From NCBI RefSeq assembly GCF_000002075.1, contig NW_004797272.1, forward strand, positions 4,509,581 through 4,573,580: a stretch of DNA of 64,000 nucleotides, read 5' to 3'. Both the position numbers and the translations under genes were made by a program. The notes under the pieces were generated by a model. It had not been told where the DNA came from and searched no databases. It saw nothing but the letters and a program-made list of their open reading frames with translations. The DNA comes from Aplysia californica. Its lineage: Eukaryota. Shown here piece after piece: positions 63,101 to 64,000 of this stretch (position 1 is its first letter; every line of letters starts with the position of its first letter).

Positions 63101-63588
63101 NNNNNNNNNNNNNNNNNNNNNNNNNNNNNNNNNNNNNNNNNNNNNNNNNNNNNNNNNNNNNNNNNNNNNNNNNNNNNNNNNNNNNNNNNNNNNNNNNNNN
63201 NNNNNNNNNNNNNNNNNNNNNNNNNNNNNNNNNNNNNNNNNNNNNNNNNNNNNNNNNNNNNNNNNNNNNNNNNNNNNGAAATATTCACCGTTGTCATCAC
63301 CTTCCAGCATTGAAAAATACTTTTTGTCATATTAGTAAAGTTTGTCATTGAAAACCTGGTCCACATGAAAACCCTTGCTTTTAGCAAAGACTGCTGATTT
63401 ACAAAAAGAAATACAAATTCATGGACTGAACAAATCGGAAGAGTTAAAAAATCCCACTAATATACTCACTCCAGCATTTTGATCAGGATCATATTCAAAT
63501 TTGTCAGTAGCTGCTTGTCCAACTGATTTTGAAACTTCACACATTGGAGACTGAGATCTCTCTTGTAGATCTAGTGTGATATCTTCTC
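1..63588 (-). CDS. Partial multi-exon gene (63 exons in window) for a giant VWD and EGF domain-containing (VWDE-like) extracellular protein built of tandem ~800-aa modules plus a LamG/pentraxin-like domain
   Basis: All exons have GT/AG boundaries, phases match at every junction and the spliced sequence (9,896 nt) stays in frame. Repeated motifs: NDPHxxTFDG, GEFxxYxH, CxCAV, GLCG, SWPT...CVxDIQ, CxCxxGxGxxxC, CxIxxxC. Confidence 0.9.
544..817 (-). CDS. Module E fused VWD exon ([15 protein letters not shown]...CNCAV...)
   Basis: 274 bp, equal to 64+210 in module B; phase 2-0. Confidence 0.92.
1230..1600 (+). mobile_element. Decayed 3' end of an RTE-clade LINE
   Basis: TNEEVR...KLKW*GHV...[16 protein letters not shown] motif with in-frame stops. 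Confidence 0.8.
1743..1880 (-). mobile_element. Short headless retro-element, family B
   Basis: Similar to 25865-26001, 34311-34430, 55575-55710, 62420-62505 and 4175-4280. Confidence 0.6.
1937..2013 (-). CDS. Module E VWD start ([25 protein letters not shown])
   Basis: 77 bp, phase 0-2. Confidence 0.92.
2685..3071 (-). CDS. Module E beta-sandwich exon, unsplit ([11 protein letters not shown]...)
   Basis: 387 bp, phase 0-0. Confidence 0.88.
3083..3281 (-). mobile_element. Short headless retro-element, family A, inserted at a splice acceptor
   Basis: Family A sequence; TSD tctgaaaa(t/a)gag at 3071-3082 and 3282-3293. Confidence 0.8.
3329..4152. mobile_element. Non-autonomous Tc1/mariner-pogo-like DNA transposon (MITE)
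   Basis: TA flanks; imperfect TIRs CAGTGGAACCTG / CAGGTTTGACTG; repeated internal AAGACGGCCACCT motif. Confidence 0.8.
4987..5076 (-). CDS. Module E exon ([13 protein letters not shown]...)
   Basis: 90 bp, phase 0-0. Confidence 0.85.
5290..5510 (+). mobile_element. 3' fragment of the CORE-like SINE family followed by an (ATT)n tail
   Basis: Matches the 3' half of 36032-36390. Confidence 0.65.
5604..5830 (-). CDS. Module E Ig-like exon (ELPTLP...FSC...YKVEW...FGSK)
   Basis: 227 bp, phase 1-0. Confidence 0.87.
6177..6409 (-). CDS. LamG/pentraxin-like domain, exon 2
   Basis: 233 bp, phase 2-1; [15 protein letters not shown]...LVLG...LEIF motif. Confidence 0.82.
6758..7145 (-). CDS. LamG/pentraxin-like (concanavalin A fold) domain, exon 1
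   Basis: 388 bp, phase 1-2; [13 protein letters not shown]...GLSV motif. Confidence 0.82.
7309..7490 (-). mobile_element. Short headless retro-element, family A
   Basis: Perfect 12-bp TSD aagcaaatcttt at 7297-7308 and 7491-7502. Confidence 0.82.
7569..7683 (-). CDS. Module D terminal Cys exon ([11 protein letters not shown]...W)
   Basis: 115 bp, phase 0-1. Confidence 0.88.
8100..8520. mobile_element. MITE-like element with ~45-bp imperfect TIRs and an internal (TG)n
   Basis: GACGTATTTCAGCCATCTATTTTTATCGTCTTC at the left end; near-match reverse complement ends at 8520. Confidence 0.7.
8618..8800 (-). CDS. Module D IPT/TIG-like exon (GTVSTSSA...[12 protein letters not shown])
   Basis: 183 bp, phase 0-0. 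Confidence 0.87.
8895..9255. repeat. Minisatellite, ~31-32 bp unit (cacaaaatgccatatatgcagtgttgttt...), about 11 copies
   Basis: Direct tandem repetition. Confidence 0.92.
10506..10696 (-). CDS. Module D EGF end ([15 protein letters not shown]...)
   Basis: 191 bp, phase 1-0. Confidence 0.9.
10955..11090. repeat. (TG)n microsatellite
   Basis: Direct observation. Confidence 0.9.
11440..11611 (-). CDS. Module D C8-like end and EGF start (...[13 protein letters not shown])
   Basis: 172 bp, phase 0-1. Confidence 0.88.
12170..12950. repeat. Degenerate ~50-bp tandem repeat containing the exon end and splice donor, interrupted by a SINE
   Basis: tacctggatatca-like motif near 12176, 12228, 12278, 12865 and 12915 (the true donor). 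Confidence 0.7.
12331..12853 (-). mobile_element. Full-length tRNA-derived SINE (~520 bp)
   Basis: Head GGGGCTCTCGTGGCCTAGAGG...GGTTCAAATCC with A and B boxes; TSD ctaaaaa(a/g)ctct; highly similar to 38809-39336. Confidence 0.9.
12918..13082 (-). CDS. Module D C8-like (QLSWPTSS...CVDDIQ)
   Basis: 165 bp, phase 0-0. Confidence 0.9.
13517..13623 (-). CDS. Module D linker (GTDVTEKLL...YDY...FEPP)
   Basis: 107 bp, phase 1-0. Confidence 0.85.
13643..14056. mobile_element. MITE of the AATCAGGCGCTCGTCAA TIR family
   Basis: Inverted termini gaaatcaggcgc...gtgcctgattcc; other copies at 14640-14850, 17075-17510, 17582-17690, 22093-22786 and 27624-28062. Confidence 0.7.
14380..14558 (-). CDS. Module D Cys-rich linker ([10 protein letters not shown]...CQC...)
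   Basis: 179 bp, phase 2-1. Confidence 0.85.
15768..15947 (-). mobile_element. Short headless retro-element, family A
   Basis: TSD tttcatataccct at 15755-15767 and 15948-15960. Confidence 0.85.
16120..16228 (-). CDS. Module D VWD end (GLCGNNDD...FIEHW)
   Basis: 109 bp, phase 1-2. Confidence 0.9.
16859..16970 (-). CDS. Module D VWD exon ([11 protein letters not shown]...)
   Basis: 112 bp, phase 0-1. Confidence 0.87.
17075..17510. mobile_element. MITE of the AATCAGGCGCTCGTCAA TIR family
   Basis: aatcaggcgctcgtcaa ... ttgacgagtgcctgatt. Confidence 0.8.
17846..18043 (-). CDS. Module D VWD exon (VRTLQQSC...CTCAV...)
   Basis: 198 bp, phase 0-0. Confidence 0.9.
18078..18197. repeat. (GAG/GAA)n low-complexity tract
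   Basis: Direct observation. Confidence 0.85.
18630..18693 (-). CDS. Module D VWD exon ([15 protein letters not shown])
   Basis: 64 bp, phase 2-0. Confidence 0.9.
19248..19421 (-). mobile_element. Short headless retro-element, family A
   Basis: Family similarity; TSD ttataa(t/c)tgatt. Confidence 0.8.
19895..19965 (-). CDS. Module D VWD start, degenerate motif ([23 protein letters not shown])
   Basis: 71 bp, phase 0-2. Confidence 0.85.
20591..20809 (-). CDS. Module D beta-sandwich part 2 (PQVVV...)
   Basis: 219 bp, phase 0-0. Confidence 0.85.
21140..21400 (+). mobile_element. Decayed RTE-like LINE 3' fragment
   Basis: AFEM..., KYFG... and WTDNI remnants. Confidence 0.55.
21658..21834 (-). 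CDS. Module D beta-sandwich part 1 ([11 protein letters not shown]...)
   Basis: 177 bp, phase 0-0. Confidence 0.85.
21912..22080 (-). mobile_element. Fragment of the ~520-bp tRNA SINE
   Basis: Matches 39129-39336 with deletions. Confidence 0.75.
22093..22786. mobile_element. MITE of the AATCAGGCGCTCGTCAA family spanning an N gap
   Basis: Both TIRs are visible, one on each side of the gap. Confidence 0.7.
23408..23500 (-). CDS. Module D exon ([13 protein letters not shown]...)
   Basis: 93 bp, phase 0-0. Confidence 0.85.
23991..24142 (-). CDS. Module D Ig-like part 2 (...YEVKW...FELGDY)
   Basis: 152 bp, phase 1-0. Confidence 0.82.
24725..24895 (-). mobile_element. Short headless retro-element, family A
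   Basis: Family similarity. Confidence 0.75.
24978..25070 (-). CDS. Module D Ig-like part 1 (NPTVRKPTI...FEIQC...)
   Basis: 93 bp, phase 1-1. Confidence 0.75.
25372..25600 (+). mobile_element. Decayed tRNA-derived SINE (second family)
   Basis: gtagctcagttgg A box and ggtttgaattcc B box; related copies near 37320-37500 and 46965-47180. Confidence 0.65.
25865..26001 (-). mobile_element. Short headless retro-element, family B
   Basis: Family similarity; imperfect TSD ca(c/t)g(a/g)tggagt. Confidence 0.65.
26040..26370 (+). mobile_element. LINE 3' end with CCHC knuckle (Ingi/I-group-like), tail duplicated
   Basis: CQC...EHIFQHC...W...KLYG...TGL* followed by a gaagaag tail that occurs twice. 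Confidence 0.7.
26440..26554 (-). CDS. Module C terminal Cys exon ([11 protein letters not shown]...)
   Basis: 115 bp, phase 0-1. Confidence 0.88.
27094..27183. repeat. (ATG)n/(ATT)n microsatellite
   Basis: Direct observation. Confidence 0.92.
27231..27446 (-). CDS. Module C IPT/TIG-like exon
   Basis: 216 bp, phase 0-0. Confidence 0.87.
27624..28062. mobile_element. MITE of the AATCAGGCGCTCGTCAA family
   Basis: aatcaggcgcccgtcaa ... ttgacgagcccctgatt. Confidence 0.78.
28097..28290 (-). CDS. Module C EGF end ([14 protein letters not shown]...)
   Basis: 194 bp, phase 1-0. Confidence 0.9.
29003..29705. repeat. Minisatellite of ~57-71 bp units (conserved core plus variable (TA)n), each carrying the exon 3' end and splice donor; 11 donor copies
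   Basis: ctcacctttggaaca occurs 11 times; the last copy is the real exon junction. Confidence 0.93.
29693..29790 (-). CDS. Module C EGF start, second half of split exon (YWV...[13 protein letters not shown])
   Basis: 98 bp, phase 2-1; 83+98=181, the same length as the module A exon. Confidence 0.87.
31473..31555 (-). CDS. Module C C8-like end, first half of split exon (ILDSTEFA...)
   Basis: 83 bp, phase 0-2. Confidence 0.82.
32295..32467 (-). mobile_element. Short headless retro-element, family A
   Basis: Family similarity. Confidence 0.78.
32618..32776 (-). CDS. Module C C8-like (PPSWPTPSG...CVEDIQ)
   Basis: 159 bp, phase 0-0. Confidence 0.9.
32972..33066 (-). CDS. Module C linker (GTDITMSL...FEYDTAY)
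   Basis: 95 bp, phase 1-0. Confidence 0.85.
33539..33696 (-). CDS. Module C Cys-rich linker ([12 protein letters not shown]...CSC...)
   Basis: 158 bp, phase 2-1. Confidence 0.85.
34555..34657 (-). CDS. Module C VWD end (GLCGTYDGD...FSLSW)
   Basis: 103 bp, phase 1-2. Confidence 0.92.
35160..35259 (-). CDS. Module C VWD exon (IFLPSNTKV...)
   Basis: 100 bp, phase 0-1. Confidence 0.9.
35350..36012. repeat. GT-rich minisatellite, 13-bp unit GGCTTTGTGGGTT with 23-bp variants
   Basis: Direct tandem repetition. Confidence 0.92.
36032..36390 (-). mobile_element. tRNA-derived SINE with a CORE-like central domain and an L2-type tail
   Basis: TGGCCTAGCGG A box, GGTTCGAG B box, TGTGTCCTTGAGAAAGGCACTTTAC...AAATGGGTACC, and an AAGCGC...GCGCTATACAAAT tail. 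Confidence 0.8.
36926..37141 (-). CDS. Module C VWD exon (VRSYFRKC...CNCAV...)
   Basis: 216 bp, phase 0-0. Confidence 0.92.
37756..37819 (-). CDS. Module C VWD exon ([15 protein letters not shown])
   Basis: 64 bp, phase 2-0. Confidence 0.9.
38575..38651 (-). CDS. Module C VWD start ([25 protein letters not shown])
   Basis: 77 bp, phase 0-2. Confidence 0.92.
38809..39336 (-). mobile_element. Full-length tRNA-derived SINE (~530 bp)
   Basis: A box TGGCCTAGAGG, B box GGTTCGAATCC; perfect TSD caactacttttg at 38797-38808 and 39337-39348. Confidence 0.92.
39811..40191 (-). CDS. Module C beta-sandwich exon, unsplit ([11 protein letters not shown]...)
   Basis: 381 bp, phase 0-0. Confidence 0.9.
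40542..40727. mobile_element. 186-bp hAT-like MITE with a 6-bp TSD
   Basis: TIR CAGGCTTGCCA / TGGCAAGCCTG, flanked by caagtg on both sides. Confidence 0.75.
40851..40943 (-). CDS. Module C exon ([13 protein letters not shown]...)
   Basis: 93 bp, phase 0-0. Confidence 0.85.
41111..41299 (-). mobile_element. Short headless retro-element, family A
   Basis: Family similarity; TSD aca(a/t)gcatg. Confidence 0.78.
41572..41744. mobile_element. 173-bp TA-flanked MITE (pogo/Tigger-like)
   Basis: Perfect 17-bp TIR CAGTATAACACGGATAG. Confidence 0.85.
41770..42282 (+). mobile_element. Decayed RTE-clade LINE 3' end
   Basis: QFLGHL...IEGK.GRGRPR remnants and a gatgatga tail. Confidence 0.65.
42827..43059 (-). 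CDS. Module C Ig-like exon (EYPRLD...C...QWY...YGKK)
   Basis: 233 bp, phase 1-0. Confidence 0.85.
43536..43650 (-). CDS. Module B terminal Cys exon ([11 protein letters not shown]...)
   Basis: 115 bp, phase 0-1. Confidence 0.88.
44768..44986 (-). CDS. Module B IPT/TIG-like exon
   Basis: 219 bp, phase 0-0. Confidence 0.87.
45533..45723 (-). CDS. Module B EGF end ([15 protein letters not shown]...)
   Basis: 191 bp, phase 1-0. Confidence 0.9.
46663..46831 (-). CDS. Module B C8-like end and EGF start (...[13 protein letters not shown])
   Basis: 169 bp, phase 0-1. Confidence 0.9.
47195..47362. mobile_element. Degenerate relative of the 3329-4152 MITE right end
   Basis: cagtcctgc...ccacctgt...tggccgacttacagacag matches 4070-4152. 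Confidence 0.5.
47375..47800 (+). mobile_element. LINE 3' end with CCHC zinc knuckle (I/Nimb/Ingi group)
   Basis: [20 protein letters not shown] followed by an (AAC)n tail. Confidence 0.75.
47928..48083 (-). CDS. Module B C8-like ([10 protein letters not shown]...CVSDIQ)
   Basis: 156 bp, phase 0-0. Confidence 0.9.
48794..48891 (-). CDS. Module B linker (GVDVTSSLL...FEYEEDY)
   Basis: 98 bp, phase 1-0. Confidence 0.85.
49130..49348 (-). mobile_element. 3' half of the CORE-like SINE with a (TTA)n tail
   Basis: Matches 36050-36250. Confidence 0.7.
49678..49847 (-). CDS. Module B Cys-rich linker ([12 protein letters not shown]...CQC...)
   Basis: 170 bp, phase 2-1. Confidence 0.85.
50616..50724 (-). 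CDS. Module B VWD end (GLCGTYN...FSLSW)
   Basis: 109 bp, phase 1-2. Confidence 0.92.
51249..51348 (-). CDS. Module B VWD exon (VILPTGTEV...)
   Basis: 100 bp, phase 0-1. Confidence 0.9.
52043..52200 (-). mobile_element. Decayed family A element
   Basis: Family similarity. Confidence 0.6.
52245..52454 (-). CDS. Module B VWD exon (VHSFYRKC...CNCAV...)
   Basis: 210 bp, phase 0-0. Confidence 0.92.
52919..52982 (-). CDS. Module B VWD exon ([15 protein letters not shown])
   Basis: 64 bp, phase 2-0. Confidence 0.9.
53335..53411 (-). CDS. Module B VWD start ([25 protein letters not shown])
   Basis: 77 bp, phase 0-2; canonical VWD N-terminal motif. Confidence 0.92.
53540..54110 (+). mobile_element. 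Rex1/Babar-like LINE 3' end
   Basis: ORF ends ...SHPL...[18 protein letters not shown]; followed by aataaag and an (attgtc)n tail. Confidence 0.82.
54802..54974 (-). CDS. Module B exon, beta-sandwich part 2 (GITECGV...DGD...)
   Basis: 173 bp, phase 1-0. Confidence 0.85.
55575..55710 (-). mobile_element. Family B element immediately inside an intron 5' end
   Basis: Family similarity to 25865-26001. Confidence 0.6.
55718..55934 (-). CDS. Module B exon, beta-sandwich part 1 ([11 protein letters not shown]...)
   Basis: 217 bp, phase 0-1. Confidence 0.85.
56698..56790 (-). CDS. Module B exon ([13 protein letters not shown]...)
   Basis: 93 bp, phase 0-0. Confidence 0.85.
57318..57449 (-). mobile_element. 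Internally deleted family A element
   Basis: Family similarity at both ends. Confidence 0.7.
57863..58098 (-). CDS. Module B exon, Ig-like (EYPYVRG...FSC...YLIEW...LGSD)
   Basis: 236 bp, phase 1-0. Confidence 0.85.
58498..58612 (-). CDS. Module A terminal Cys exon ([11 protein letters not shown]...W)
   Basis: 115 bp, phase 0-1; same length in all four copies. Confidence 0.88.
58742..58913. mobile_element. 172-bp TA-flanked MITE (pogo/Tigger-like)
   Basis: TIR CAGTGGAGTCT / AGACTCCACTG. Confidence 0.8.
59429..59641 (-). CDS. Module A exon, IPT/TIG-like (ITESDT...[13 protein letters not shown])
   Basis: 213 bp, phase 0-0. Confidence 0.88.
59729..60165 (+). mobile_element. Headless, diverged copy of the ~520-bp tRNA SINE
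   Basis: Reverse-complement match to 38809-39260. Confidence 0.8.
60427..60626 (-). CDS. Module A exon, EGF end and IPT-like start ([14 protein letters not shown]...)
   Basis: 200 bp, phase 1-0. Confidence 0.9.
61593..61773 (-). CDS. Module A exon, C8-like end and EGF start (ISDDRSW...[13 protein letters not shown])
   Basis: 181 bp, phase 0-1. Confidence 0.88.
62518..62673 (-). CDS. Module A exon, C8-like (DASWPTASN...CVKDIQ)
   Basis: 156 bp, phase 0-0. Confidence 0.88.
63470..63588 (-). CDS. Module A exon, post-VWD linker (GEDITLDLQ...[10 protein letters not shown])
   Basis: 119 bp, phase 1-0; homologous to 48794-48891, 32972-33066 and 13517-13623. Confidence 0.8.
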
Positions 63589-64000
63589 CTGTAAAGAAAA
63601 GCAAATTGAAGTAGGTATTGTAGTCTCACTAAATATAACATGAAAAATTTGCACAAATTTCAATAAAAAACTCAGTGATGTATAAAAAGACCCCTGGCTT
63701 TTAAGAGACAGAGTATGTGAGATAAAGTCCTTTCACTGTACGGAAATGGTGGGAAAGGTTTGAAAATTGCAATTTTCTAGTTCACAACATAATGGCCTGA
63801 AAAATGCAAATGCTCTGGCTTCAAAGCAAAATGTCTTCGAGGACATGGTGATACAGGCACCAGTAGTTTTTTGTTTTTATTGACCATAAGCTTAAAACTA
63901 TGTGCGCAGAGAAAGAATGCATAATTCATTTGCATCACTAGGGGATATTGTTCAATACTAAGAAGGGAAAAAATGGGAATGTGAGTAATTCTGTTAATAT

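Overview
AT-rich animal genomic DNA with N gaps; it is inferred to be invertebrate, plausibly a mollusc. The whole window is the interior of one minus-strand, intron-rich gene. I traced 63 GT-AG exons by hand, with compatible phases at every junction, totalling 9,896 nt (about 3,300 codons). Neither the start nor the stop is in the window. The protein is a tandem array of ~800-aa cysteine-rich extracellular modules: Ig-like, short Cys linker, beta-sandwich, von Willebrand factor D domain, C8-like, EGF, IPT/TIG-like and a C-x-I-x-x-x-C knot. This resembles VWDE-family proteins (VWD and EGF domain-containing). In transcription order the window holds the end of module A, complete modules B, C and D, a two-exon LamG/pentraxin-like cassette, and the start of module E. 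Introns contain tRNA-derived SINEs, headless ~180-bp retro-elements, 3' ends of LINEs (RTE, Rex1/Babar, CCHC-type), MITEs and mini/microsatellites. The most notable observations are: (1) intron positions differ between the internal repeats; (2) two tandem arrays multiply a real splice donor; (3) a short retro-element family has a fixed GTGGGT 5' end, every copy seen is co-oriented with the gene, and one copy duplicated a splice acceptor; (4) one VWD copy has lost the DPH motif. No prokaryotic features or CRISPR array were found. Domain names come from motif recognition, not database searches.
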